A stretch of DNA of 32,000 nt from an uncultured Eubacteriales bacterium (GCA_934395135.1 CAKRRK010000001.1:255375-287374), one strand, 5' to 3'. Shown: positions 1-8,630, numbered from the stretch's first letter. A program made the numbers and translations. Notes: generated by a model not told the origin, from the sequence alone.

Positions 1-798
1 ATCCGCCGGGCCGTCCCGCAGTTCCGCCGCCTCTTTTTCCAGCGGTGCGTTACGATCGATTTTCGCCAGCCGATAACTGAGAAGCGCCAGTTCCCTGCCG
101 GCTTCCAGCTTTTTCCGCACTGCGTTTTTTACCGTGTCGCAGTTCAGATTCTGATACAGATTTTCCAGGGTATGGAATTGCCCAATGAGAGCAGCGGCCG
201 TCTTTTCCCCCACGCCGGGCACCCCGGGTATGTTATCCGAGGCGTCTCCCATCAACGCTTTCAAATCCACCAGATTTTCCGGCGGAAACCCATATTCCTC
301 CGCAAAAAGTTCTGCTGTATAGTTCCGGGAAGTGGTCTGTCCCATTTTGGTCGTCACAAGGCGCACCGTTGTGCCGGCGCCAAGGAGCTGCAGGCTGTCC
401 CGGTCTCCTGTCACAATGACGCATAAATCTCCCGCCCTGTTACAAGCCGCGGAAATCGTTCCCAGCAGGTCGTCCGCTTCATATCCTGCCAGTTCACAGG
501 TGACAATGCCCATGCAGGAAAGCACTTCCTTCAGTACTGGCAGCTGGCAGGCAAGTTCTTCCGGCATCCCCTTGCGCTGCGCCTTATATCCGTCATACAT
601 CTGGTGGCGGAAGGTTTTTTCCCGCACATCAAAGCACACAATCACATTATCCGGCCTTTCCTCCTCCTGCAATTTGAAAAATGTTGCCAAAAACCCATAA
701 ATTGCATTGGTGTAAAGTCCCTCATGATTTGTCAACAGCCGTATACCGTAAAACGCGCGGTTTAATATGCTGTTCCCGTCGATTATCATATGCTTCAT
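1..798 (-). CDS. polA: DNA polymerase I, N-terminal 5'-3' exonuclease region (gene truncated by window edge)
   Basis: Minus-strand reading frame starting at ATG 798 gives MKHMIIDGNSILNRAFYGIRLL...FDVREKTFRHQMYDGYKAQRKGMPEEL...ADDLLG...VTGDRDSLQL...LMGDASDNIPGVPGVGEKTAAALI, typical of the FEN/PolI 5' nuclease domain; runs off the left edge. Confidence 0.95.
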   Translation of the reverse strand, partial: MKHMIIDGNSILNRAFYGIRLLTNHEGLYTNAIYGFLATFFKLQEEERPDNVIVCFDVREKTFRHQMYDGYKAQRKGMPEELACQLPVLKEVLSCMGIVTCELAGYEADDLLGTISAACNRAGDLCVIVTGDRDSLQLLGAGTTVRLVTTKMGQTTSRNYTAELFAEEYGFPPENLVDLKALMGDASDNIPGVPGVGEKTAAALIGQFHTLENLYQNLNCDTVKNAVRKKLEAGRELALLSYRLAKIDRNAPLEKEAAELRDGPAD

Positions 799-889
799 AG
801 CGTAGGTTCCTCCCGTTTTCCTGCCGAAAAAATGCTGCCGCCGGCCTTTCCGGTCACTCCTGAGCTCAGCGGAAAATTGTTATTATAGT

Positions 890-918
890 AGTATAACATT
901 TTTACTCGCTTTAAACAA
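890..918 (-). promoter_or_regulatory. Predicted sigmaA promoter for polA
   Basis: Minus strand TTGTTT (918-913), 17-bp spacer, TATACT (895-890). Confidence 0.6.
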
Positions 919-951
919 TATCGCCGAAAAATTCTCTGGGATTCCAGAATG

Positions 952-982
952 CAAAAAAAACGCAGGGGAAAACTTCCCCTGC
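952..982 (-). terminator. Intrinsic terminator of the HU gene
   Basis: Minus strand GCAGGGGAA-GTT-TTCCCCTGC followed by a long T run (A run 953-960 on +). Confidence 0.85.
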
Positions 983-1001
983 AACCTGTATCTTGCGCTG
1001 C

Positions 1002-1277
1002 TTATTTTGCAATTTTTTCTTTTAGGTTTGTGCTTGCCTTAAATACCGGAATTTTCGCCGCCGGAATGGTCATACTTTTGTTTGTTCTGGGATTTCTGCC
1101 GACACGTTCGGCCCGCTCCTTCACAGAAAATGTGCCAAAGCCGGAAAACTGGATTTTGTCCCCTTCGGCAAGCACCTCTTCCACCGACGCGATCACCGCG
1201 GCAAGCGCCGCCTCCGCATCTTTTTTGGTAAGGCCGGCTTTTTCTGAAACCTTGATAATAAAATCCGATTTTGTCAT
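1002..1277 (-). CDS. hup: HU family DNA-binding protein
   Basis: 91 aa: MTKSDFIIKVSEKAGLTKKDAEAALAAV...GDKIQFSGFGTFSVKERAERVGRNPRTNKSMTIPA, classic HU signature. Confidence 0.96.
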   Translation of the reverse strand: MTKSDFIIKVSEKAGLTKKDAEAALAAVIASVEEVLAEGDKIQFSGFGTFSVKERAERVGRNPRTNKSMTIPAAKIPVFKASTNLKEKIAK

Positions 1278-1317
1278 ACCCTTCTCCTATTCTTGACATA
1301 TTTTGCAATGCAATTTC

Positions 1318-1345
1318 ATTATACCGCATTGCACAAGTTTTGCAA
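1318..1345 (-). promoter_or_regulatory. Predicted sigmaA promoter for the HU gene
   Basis: Minus strand TTGCAA (1345-1340), 16-bp spacer, TATAAT (1323-1318); overlapped by inverted repeats. Confidence 0.65.
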
Positions 1346-1546
1346 TGTTCTTTGAATAGATTTTTTCAATTTTGTACCTTTTGTAAAATAATATTATATC
1401 TTTTTAGAAAAAAGATACAATTCTGCCTGCCGTTCGCAAAGGCGAAGAGGATCGTTCCCAAAAAATGCAGACAAACCGGCAAACGGCGCAGAGCTTGCAC
1501 CCTGCGCCGCCATGGTCGATCCATCGAAGGCTCCGCCGTCGTCCCA

Positions 1547-2323
1547 TCAGCCTACTTTCAGCTGCAGGCGCAGGCGGTCGGCAATCATAGAAATGAATTC
1601 TGAATTCGTGGGTTTGCCTTTGGAATTGGAAATGGTATAGCCGAAAAAGCTTTGCAGGATTTCCACATCGCCTCTGTCCCATGCAACTTCAATGGCATGG
1701 CGAATGGCGCGCTCTACCCTGGAAGACGTGGTCTTGTATTTTTTCGCCACGGTTGGATATAATATTTTTGTAATGGCATTGATGGCTTCCATATCCTTTA
1801 CGGTCATAATGATCGCTTCCCGCAAATACTGATAACCTTTGATATGGGCGGGAACGCCGATCTCATGGATAATATTGGTGACCCGCAGTTCAATCTCCAG
1901 ATCCTCGTTCATCTCCTTTTGCGGGCTGGCCTGCACAAACGACCGCTTGCCGCCGCCCACGGAGAGGATCCTTTGCACAAGGGATCCCATGTCCACTGGT
2001 TTGCGGAGGAGGTGACTGACGCCAAGTTCGGAACATTCCAGGCCCGTCTCGTCGGAGGTAAAAGCAGATACAACAATGACGCTCGGCTTTTTGTCCAGCT
2101 TTTCCTGTACCTGACGAACGACGGCAAGGCCGTCAAGTCCGGACAGCACAATGTCAATCACAACAACATCCGGCTGTGCCTCGAGAATGCGTTCCACCGC
2201 CTCTTTTCCATCTCCCACGCTTCCTGTTACCGCGATGCGTTTTTCTCCAGCGGCATAATCCTCCAGCATTGTTCTGAAGTCCCTGTCTCCGTCTGCAATG
2301 AATAATTTGATTTTATTTTCCAT
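1547..2323 (-). CDS. spo0A: Sporulation transcription factor Spo0A
   Basis: Receiver domain ([17 protein letters not shown]...[13 protein letters not shown]) plus C-terminal Spo0A DNA-binding region with [22 protein letters not shown]; start chosen at ATG 2323; adjacent to spoIVB. Confidence 0.96.
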   Translation of the reverse strand: MENKIKLFIADGDRDFRTMLEDYAAGEKRIAVTGSVGDGKEAVERILEAQPDVVVIDIVLSGLDGLAVVRQVQEKLDKKPSVIVVSAFTSDETGLECSELGVSHLLRKPVDMGSLVQRILSVGGGKRSFVQASPQKEMNEDLEIELRVTNIIHEIGVPAHIKGYQYLREAIIMTVKDMEAINAITKILYPTVAKKYKTTSSRVERAIRHAIEVAWDRGDVEILQSFFGYTISNSKGKPTNSEFISMIADRLRLQLKVG

Positions 2324-2448
2324 GATAAATTCCTCAGCCTTCCAACAAATCTTCGTATATTCTGTCACCTGACAACCATTAATTTACCATGTTTTTCCAG
2401 ATACCTCAATAGAATTTCCCATTATTTCCCAAAATTTTCCAATTCTTT

Positions 2449-2465
2449 TTCGACATATTTCGACA
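2449..2465 (-). promoter_or_regulatory. Two tandem 0A-box-like sites (TGTCGAA x2)
   Basis: Minus strand TGTCGAA-ATA-TGTCGAA, repeat period 10 bp, upstream of and co-oriented with spo0A. Confidence 0.7.
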
Positions 2466-2483
2466 TTTTGTTGTTGTTTTTGT

Positions 2484-3485
2484 TTAGCTTTTCGCGGTTT
2501 CCAGCATTTCGTCAATAAAAATGCCATATCCCCGCTGGGGATCGTTTACCAAAACATGCGTCACCGCGCCTACCAGTTTTCCGTTTTGCAGAATGGGGGA
2601 ACCGGACATTCCCTGCACAATGCCGCCTGTCTTTTCCAGGAGTTTCGGGTCGGTAATGCGGATCATAAAGTTTCTGCCGCTTTTATCGGCGGAGGCAATC
2701 TTCAGGATTTCTGCGGTGTACGCTTCCACCCGGCTGCCCTCCACATTGGCGAGGATTTCCACCGGGCCGGTGGTCACTTCGGAAAATTCTGCCGTAGGAA
2801 CGGTCTGTTTCCCCTGATAGAAGCTGCCCTGCGTCACCGTCCCAAAGATGCCGCTGTCGGTATTTTTCTCAATGGTGCCAATATCCGATGAAAATTGAAA
2901 TTCCCCTTCCAGCTCTCCCGGTGCGCCTACTTCCCCTTTCTGCACCCCTGCCACAGAGGATTCTGTGATGGCGCCTTCCTTCATAGGGATAAGCTGGCCG
3001 GTTTCACTGTCACAAATGCCATGGCCCAGAGAACCGTAATCTCCCGTCTGGGGATCAATATAGGTGATGGTGCCGATTCCTGCCATACTGTCCCGTATCA
3101 TTACGCCAATTCGATATTTTCCGTCCATGGAACGCACCGGCGCGACGGTGCAGGTATTTTCCTGCTCCTGCCTTCGGTAAGCGATCCGGATCGCTTCCCC
3201 GTTGCTTTGAAAAATGGTTTGCCGCAAATCTTCATTGGAAAGCACGTTTTTACCGTTTGCGGAAATAATTACGTCGCCTTCCTGCAGGCCTGCGTCTTTT
3301 GCCGGAGTCTTCTCGCCGCTTTCCGTCTGCACCGAGGAAAGTTTGACAATCACCGCCCCGTCCGTCGAAAGCTTGATGCCTACTGTCTGTCCCACTGGAA
3401 TCAGTTCCTGCGCAAACACGGTTGTAATGGTAAGAAGGACGGTCAAAAACAGCGAGGCTGTCATTTTAACTGCCTTTTTTTGCAT
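2484..3485 (-). CDS. spoIVB: SpoIVB peptidase (S55 family, PDZ domain)
   Basis: 333 aa with signal sequence, PDZ region (PAKDAGLQEGDVIISANGKNV), SLGHGICDSETGQLIP and catalytic-type GMSGSPILQNGKLVGAVTHVLVNDPQRGYGIFIDEML; next to spo0A. Confidence 0.95.
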   Translation of the reverse strand: MQKKAVKMTASLFLTVLLTITTVFAQELIPVGQTVGIKLSTDGAVIVKLSSVQTESGEKTPAKDAGLQEGDVIISANGKNVLSNEDLRQTIFQSNGEAIRIAYRRQEQENTCTVAPVRSMDGKYRIGVMIRDSMAGIGTITYIDPQTGDYGSLGHGICDSETGQLIPMKEGAITESSVAGVQKGEVGAPGELEGEFQFSSDIGTIEKNTDSGIFGTVTQGSFYQGKQTVPTAEFSEVTTGPVEILANVEGSRVEAYTAEILKIASADKSGRNFMIRITDPKLLEKTGGIVQGMSGSPILQNGKLVGAVTHVLVNDPQRGYGIFIDEMLETAKS

Positions 3486-3712
3486 TTTTTCACCTCCTTT
3501 ATGTTATTTACTATTCCACAAAGAAATGAAAAAATAGCTGAGATTGTTTTCTTATTTCCTAAGGATTTGACTTGTCAAATTTTTTTAAATGACTGCGGCT
3601 TTCTTTTCTCCCTGTGCAGCGCACCTTCCCTGGAGCCCCGGGCCGCGGTTTCTCTTTCTCCCCTCCGCCGCGCGTCTTTTTTCATGACCGCTTTTCTGCA
3701 AATCCATTTTTC

Positions 3713-3741
3713 TTGCATATATTTTTTTCTTTTGCTATACT
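3713..3741 (+). promoter_or_regulatory. Predicted sigmaA promoter for the SLOG-like gene
   Basis: TTGCAT (3713-3718), 17-bp spacer, TATACT (3736-3741). Confidence 0.6.
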
Positions 3742-3821
3742 AAAAACAGAACGGTATGCTGGCGTTGGAATGCTGTTCCTCCGCCGCATTGTATTTGAAC
3801 TGTTTTGGAGGGAACGCACCT

Positions 3822-4181
3822 ATGAAAGTCGCCGTCATTGGTTCCAGATGTGCCGACGAATCCAGCTATCTGCCGCTATGCGAGGCAGTGCCTTTGGGCG
3901 CCAGCGAAATCCTGTCCGGCGGCGCGCCTGGCGCGGACGCCCTTGCAAAGCGTTATGCGGCGGAGGGCGGCCTTTTGTTCCGGGAATTTCTGCCAAACTA
4001 TGAACGATACGGAAAAAACGCGCCGCTGGTCCGCAATGCGGAAATCGTTCAGCACGCCGACTATGTCATCGCTATCTGGGACGGCGTATCCAAGGGCACC
4101 GGCTCTGTCATCATGGAATGCCTGAAAACATATACGCCGGTCAAGGTAATTGGCTGCAGCCCATCTTCCAAGCCTTTGTAG
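3822..4181 (+). CDS. Small SLOG/DUF2493-like Rossmann-fold protein
   Basis: 119 aa MKVAVIGSRC...LSGGAPGADALAKRYA...FREFLPNYERYGKNAPLVRNAEIVQHADYVIAIWDGVSKGTGSVI; GSR and GGAPGAD motifs typical of the family. SD GGAGGG upstream. Confidence 0.8.
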   Translation: MKVAVIGSRCADESSYLPLCEAVPLGASEILSGGAPGADALAKRYAAEGGLLFREFLPNYERYGKNAPLVRNAEIVQHADYVIAIWDGVSKGTGSVIMECLKTYTPVKVIGCSPSSKPL

Positions 4182-4354
4182 CATTCCGCAATTGGCTGCT
4201 GCAATACGCATAAGCCGCTGAAAATTCCTTCCGGTGCTTTTGGTCCGTTTCTTTGGCGTGACCACATGTTTCATTTTAACTTATTGATATATTTTTTATT
4301 TATATTACAATTTGTATATTTTCAAACGCCGCGGCGACGGACAAACGAATACAC

Positions 4355-4381
4355 AAAACGGACAGCTGAGCTGTCCGTTTT
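4355..4381. terminator. Bidirectional intrinsic terminator between convergent genes
   Basis: AAAACGGACAGC-TGA-GCTGTCCGTTTT, 12-bp perfect arms. Confidence 0.85.
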
Positions 4382-4398
4382 CCTCTGTTCCGCCAAAA

Positions 4399-5331
4399 TC
4401 AAGAATATGTTGCAACCTCCACCTTGGGCGGCATCGCCGGCTCAAATGACTGAAATACCAGCACCGGACCTTCTCCCATATAAATTTTGTGATATTCCTT
4501 TGTCATCCTGGCCGTAAGACGAATCCACTGATTGTTTATGAGCCGCAGTTCCTCGCCGCATCGGCACACCACGGCCTTGTATGACAGATCCTCTATGTTG
4601 CATGTCATTACCATCCGGCCAATGATAAAATCATATTGGTTCACGCGAAATTCCGTGTTGACCATTCCATGCAAGACAATGACCTTGTCCTGGTATTTTT
4701 CCGGCGCTTCGGTAAAGTCCCGGTGCCACACAGCATAGTCCGCATCCCGCAGCACAATCGTATCCCGGGTAATGTCATACGGCAGAATGTCCGGCAAATC
4801 GTCGATTTCCAGCCGGCCGTCTTCATATTCATACACAATTTCACAATTGCGGTTTATCGCCCGCACGGTTTTGTGCAGCGCCGCTTTTTCCATGTCTTTG
4901 CCGCAGCGGTTCAGCACCACCCGGGTGCAGCCCATCAGCTTGTCTGTTACATAACTGCGGGCATACTGGTCATACTGCGGATATACCCGCCCGTCCCCCA
5001 GAACGATTTCCTGCTCGAGAAACCAGCCGTCCGGCAAGTTGTCCCGCAGGAATTTCATCGGCCAGTTTCCATTCATCTCCACAATAACCCGTTGTGGATG
5101 CAGTTCGTCGTTCCAGTCGGACAATGTGAAAAAATTCAAGGCGGTATGCTCGTGTATCGTTTTGATCGTGCTGTTCTGCGGCATGTCTTTTTCTTCCAGC
5201 CGCGCTTCCCCCTGCTCTGTCAAAATGACAAGCAGCCCGCCGTCCGGCACGCCGTTCTTCAGCCGGCGCCGAATGTATGTGGTTTTTCCCGCGCCGGGAA
5301 ACCCACTGTAAACTTCCACCGGTACCCTCAT
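4399..5331 (-). CDS. G3E/CobW-like GTPase domain fused to a C-terminal DUF1980/TIGR03943-like domain
   Basis: P-loop GFPGAGKTTYIRRRL; C-terminal VIVLHGMVNTEFRVNQYDFIIGRMVMTCNIEDLSYKAVVC resembles DUF1980. Start at ATG 5331 preceded by AGGAGGG. Confidence 0.7.
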   Translation of the reverse strand: MRVPVEVYSGFPGAGKTTYIRRRLKNGVPDGGLLVILTEQGEARLEEKDMPQNSTIKTIHEHTALNFFTLSDWNDELHPQRVIVEMNGNWPMKFLRDNLPDGWFLEQEIVLGDGRVYPQYDQYARSYVTDKLMGCTRVVLNRCGKDMEKAALHKTVRAINRNCEIVYEYEDGRLEIDDLPDILPYDITRDTIVLRDADYAVWHRDFTEAPEKYQDKVIVLHGMVNTEFRVNQYDFIIGRMVMTCNIEDLSYKAVVCRCGEELRLINNQWIRLTARMTKEYHKIYMGEGPVLVFQSFEPAMPPKVEVATYS

Positions 5332-5356
5332 CGCTTTCCCTCCTGCTGTTTTTGCT

Positions 5357-6379
5357 TTAAAACGCATACTGCCCGTCCTGATTGGTGTATTTTACAAGAC
5401 AGTGAAGATATTCTGTGGTTTTTTTTGCCTTATGTTTCCGGTTTGCTTCTTTGTCCGCCCGGAAACGCCGATGATCCTTGGACACCACATCGTATCTGCC
5501 ATATTTCTGCATAATGTTCCGTATGGTCTCAAAGGACATCAGCCCTTCGTTATTATAACTCAAAAAGATATATTTAAAATTGGCCCGCCGAATGATGGTT
5601 TCAAAGTCGCCCGCCACATTCCGTTTGGAGCAAAAGCCGCTTTTTCGGGCTGTTTCCTTGCGCAGACCGGTTTTTCCCATCAGCGCCGGGCTGTCATACC
5701 GGGATATGGTTTCCAGCAAATGATAATTGGCGTTATACTGCCGGGCATTGTAGGGCGGATCCAGATAGAGCACCTCGCCCCGGACTTCTTCGATAAGGTC
5801 GCTGACGTCCTGGTTATACACCCGGCCGAGAGGCCCGTCCGGCGCTGCCAGCGGTTCAATGACAAACCGCTTTTCCGCCGCCTTTTTAATGTGCTTCAGA
5901 TGCGCCCCATAGACAGACGCGGTATTGGCATATTTGTCAATGGAATTTAAAACGCTCGCCAGGCAGAACCAATATTGGTCGTCGCTGATCTCTCCCGCGT
6001 CATACATCCGCTGCAGTTCCTGCCGCACCGCGTCGCATTTTTTTCCGTTTTCGTCCGTAAAATAAATGCGGCCGCTGCCGGACCCCTGGCAATAATTGTT
6101 ATACACAAACCCCTCCACACCGGACAGGCTGTTCAGATAGTCAATTTTGTCCCGGGGCAAATCCGCCGGATTGCCAATCAAATGACGGTTGATGGCATAG
6201 CTGTAATGCTGGAAATCATTGGCAATGACAAAACTGCCGTTTTCCCGGAACTTTGCGCCCACAACTCCGGTGCCCGCGAACAGGTCGGCAAATACTTTTC
6301 CTTCCAGATGCCCCGTCACATCGGTAATCGCAGTATATAAAAAATCCAGAATGGAATATTTGGAACCGATGTAATTCAT
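5357..6379 (-). CDS. D12-class N6-adenine DNA methyltransferase
   Basis: MNYIGSKYSILDFL, motif I DLFAGTGVVGAKF, motif IV LYLDPPYNARQYNANYHLLETISRYD. Start at ATG 6379 overlaps the stop codon of the upstream gene. Confidence 0.9.
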   Translation of the reverse strand: MNYIGSKYSILDFLYTAITDVTGHLEGKVFADLFAGTGVVGAKFRENGSFVIANDFQHYSYAINRHLIGNPADLPRDKIDYLNSLSGVEGFVYNNYCQGSGSGRIYFTDENGKKCDAVRQELQRMYDAGEISDDQYWFCLASVLNSIDKYANTASVYGAHLKHIKKAAEKRFVIEPLAAPDGPLGRVYNQDVSDLIEEVRGEVLYLDPPYNARQYNANYHLLETISRYDSPALMGKTGLRKETARKSGFCSKRNVAGDFETIIRRANFKYIFLSYNNEGLMSFETIRNIMQKYGRYDVVSKDHRRFRADKEANRKHKAKKTTEYLHCLVKYTNQDGQYAF

Positions 6380-7398
6380 GCTTGCCTTTCCTCCCCGCTG
6401 CAATACATTGCTTTTACACTGCTAAGGTAGTCTGTAAACTGCCGCCGGATTTCCAGCGGCGAAACAATTTCCACACCGTCTGCCAGACCAAACAGCCAGC
6501 CAAAAAACTGCGGGCTGACCTGCGCCCGAACTGTGACGGAAAAATGGTCGGTTCCGTCGGGCACCAAAATCAGCTCTCTGCCGAACCGCTCCGTTACAAC
6601 GCCCACCAACCGGTTTTCAAAACGCAGCGTTACCTGTTCCTGCGCACCGGCAAACATGCCGAACAGCATCTGAGAATACAGCGCTGTATCAAACCGCTCA
6701 AACGCACTTTTTCCCTGGCGTTTTCCGTCTGTAATGCGGATATCCTGCATTTTGTCTACCCGGTAATGGCGAACTTCCCGGGTATGCTCATCAAAGGCCA
6801 CAAGATAATAGTTTTCGTTATCCCAGATAAGCGCCCAGGGGGAGACGGCATAGTCCCCGCCATTCCGGCGGAAACGTTTTGTCACCTTTTCCGGGGCTGA
6901 CCAGTCCAGCACCCATTCAAAATATTTCATCCGGATACAGCAGTCCTGCTGGATCGCCTGATGGATGGTGTCAATGTTGTAATACACGCTGTGGTTCATG
7001 GTTTTGATCCGGTTTGTGACAAACACCTGATGCTGCAGCTGCCTGGCTTCGTACTTTGACGCCAGTCCCTCCAGCTTTTGAATGAGTTCTCCCGTCTTTT
7101 TATGGGTAATAAACCGGGACGCCTGCACCGCATCCACCAACAGCTTGAGTTCCGGAAGTTCAAACGGCCGGCTCGCCATATAGTAGCTGTAATGCCTGCC
7201 GGGGCGGGTTTCAATATCATACCCAAATTCCCGCAGCACGGCAATATCATCGTACACGCTTTTTCGCTCCGCATGAATCTGCCGACGCGAAAGTTCCATT
7301 AGAATTTCTTGCATCGTCACAGGATGCGCTTCATCTGTCTGCGCCAAAATCTGGAGCAAATGCAGCAGTTTTCCCTTTTGATTGGCACTTTTCGCCAT
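6376..7398 (-). CDS. WYL-domain transcriptional regulator with N-terminal HTH
   Basis: HTH region (KGKLLHLLQILAQTDE...AERKSVYDDIAVLREFGYDIETRPG) and WYL region (AVSPWALIWDNENYYLVAFDEHTREVRHYRVDKMQDI). ATG 7398 preceded by AAGGGAG; the track start at 7407 is a TTG. Confidence 0.88.
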   Translation of the reverse strand: MAKSANQKGKLLHLLQILAQTDEAHPVTMQEILMELSRRQIHAERKSVYDDIAVLREFGYDIETRPGRHYSYYMASRPFELPELKLLVDAVQASRFITHKKTGELIQKLEGLASKYEARQLQHQVFVTNRIKTMNHSVYYNIDTIHQAIQQDCCIRMKYFEWVLDWSAPEKVTKRFRRNGGDYAVSPWALIWDNENYYLVAFDEHTREVRHYRVDKMQDIRITDGKRQGKSAFERFDTALYSQMLFGMFAGAQEQVTLRFENRLVGVVTERFGRELILVPDGTDHFSVTVRAQVSPQFFGWLFGLADGVEIVSPLEIRRQFTDYLSSVKAMYCSGEERQA

Positions 7399-7421
7399 AG
7401 GCCCCAACTCCCTTACTGCCT

Positions 7422-7450
7422 ATTCTATCAAAAACCCATGGGAATGTCTA
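7422..7450 (-). promoter_or_regulatory. Predicted promoter for the WYL-MTase-GTPase cluster
   Basis: Minus strand TAGACA (7450-7445), 17-bp spacer, TAGAAT (7427-7422); CCCATGGG palindrome inside the spacer. Confidence 0.45.
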
Positions 7451-7669
7451 ATAAAAAAGTCGAAATCTGCCTAATTTCTCCGCTGGATAAATCTGGAACG
7501 CCTGCCATGCCGCCGCAAGACAGGGATCCGACGATTTATGCCGCCATTGCTGTCTCTCCAAGGGTTTTCCTGTCCCGGTATTTTTAATCCAACATGGAAG
7601 AATTTTTGTGATTTTTTTGAATTTTACCGAATTTTTTCTTGAAATTGCAAGTATTTTAGCCGAATTGTA

Positions 7670-7698
7670 TTGCATTTTGCAAACAAATGTAATATAAT
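7670..7698 (+). promoter_or_regulatory. Predicted sigmaA promoter for nagB
   Basis: TTGCAT (7670-7675), 17-bp spacer, TATAAT (7693-7698), about 35 nt upstream of the ATG. Confidence 0.75.
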
Positions 7699-7732
7699 GT
7701 GAAACCACAAAAATGTTTGGAGGTTCCCGCTT

Positions 7733-8458
7733 ATGCAGATTCATATTTATAAGGATACACAGGCCATCGGCGCGGCCGCTGCTGCGCTGTTCGCCGCGCA
7801 GGTGATCCAAAAGCCAACTTCGGTGCTCGGCCTTGCCACAGGTTCCACCCCAATCCCTGCCTATGCCAAAATGGCGGAACTGTATGCGTGCGGCGCGGTG
7901 GACTATTCCAGCGTCACAACCTACAATCTGGACGAATATGTAGGGCTGGATCACTCCCATCCCCAAAGCTACTATTCCTTTATGATGGAGCATCTGTTTT
8001 CCCATATCAATGTGCCGGCCGGCAGCATCCATGTGCTTTCCGGCACCGCCCCGGATCCAGAAGCGGAATGCGCCGCATACGAAAAGGCCATAGAAGCCGC
8101 CGGGGGCATTGACCTGCAGATACTGGGCATTGGCCGCAACGGCCATATCGCCTTTAACGAACCGGACACTTCCTTTGCACCGGCAACTCATGTGGTAAAC
8201 CTGACGCAGAGCACCATCGAAGCAAATACCCGGTTTTTCTCCTGCTCCGATGAAGTGCCGCGGCAGGCTCTCACAATGGGAATCGGTTCCATTATGAAAG
8301 CCCGGTCCATTGTCCTGATCGCCACTGGGGCAGACAAGGCAGACGCGGTCCGCGCCCTGGTAAACGGCGCAGTGTCTCCCGCATGTCCGGCGTCTGTTTT
8401 GCAGCTGCATCCCCGGGTGACCGTCATGCTGGACGCGCCGGCAGCTTCCCTGCTGTAA
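7733..8458 (+). CDS. nagB: Glucosamine-6-phosphate deaminase
   Basis: 241 aa: LGLATGSTPIPAYAKMAEL, YNLDEYVGLDHSHPQSYYSFMMEHLF, GIDLQILGIGRNGHIAFNEPDTSF, ALTMGIGSIMKARSIVLIATGADKADAV. Confidence 0.95.
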   Translation: MQIHIYKDTQAIGAAAAALFAAQVIQKPTSVLGLATGSTPIPAYAKMAELYACGAVDYSSVTTYNLDEYVGLDHSHPQSYYSFMMEHLFSHINVPAGSIHVLSGTAPDPEAECAAYEKAIEAAGGIDLQILGIGRNGHIAFNEPDTSFAPATHVVNLTQSTIEANTRFFSCSDEVPRQALTMGIGSIMKARSIVLIATGADKADAVRALVNGAVSPACPASVLQLHPRVTVMLDAPAASLL

Positions 8459-8476
8459 AGCTTCTGTACAAGCAAG

Positions 8477-8510
8477 ACTGCATTCCCGGAACTGGGAGTG
8501 CAGTTTTTTT
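8477..8510 (+). terminator. Intrinsic terminator of nagB
   Basis: ACTGCATTCCC-ggaact-GGGAGTGCAGT (one G-T pair) followed by TTTTTTT. Confidence 0.85.
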
Positions 8511-8630
8511 GCCATGCAGTCCTTCCGGCGGCTTGGCAAAAAAACGCCCCGGGCAGCCGATTGCCGCCCAAGGCGTCCGTATGTTCTCTTATCACCGCGG
8601 TGCCGAAAGTAAAGAACATCCTGCCCCAGC

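Noticed and set aside
1484-1511. CGGCGCAG...CTGCGCCG inverted repeat downstream of spo0A
   Set aside because: Strong 8-bp stem but no adjacent T run on the minus strand; at most a weak or factor-assisted terminator.
4284-4311. Possible plus-strand promoter TTGATA-N16-TACAAT just before the 4355-4381 terminator
   Set aside because: Sits in very AT-rich DNA between convergent genes; such matches arise by chance and the putative transcript would be only about 65 nt.
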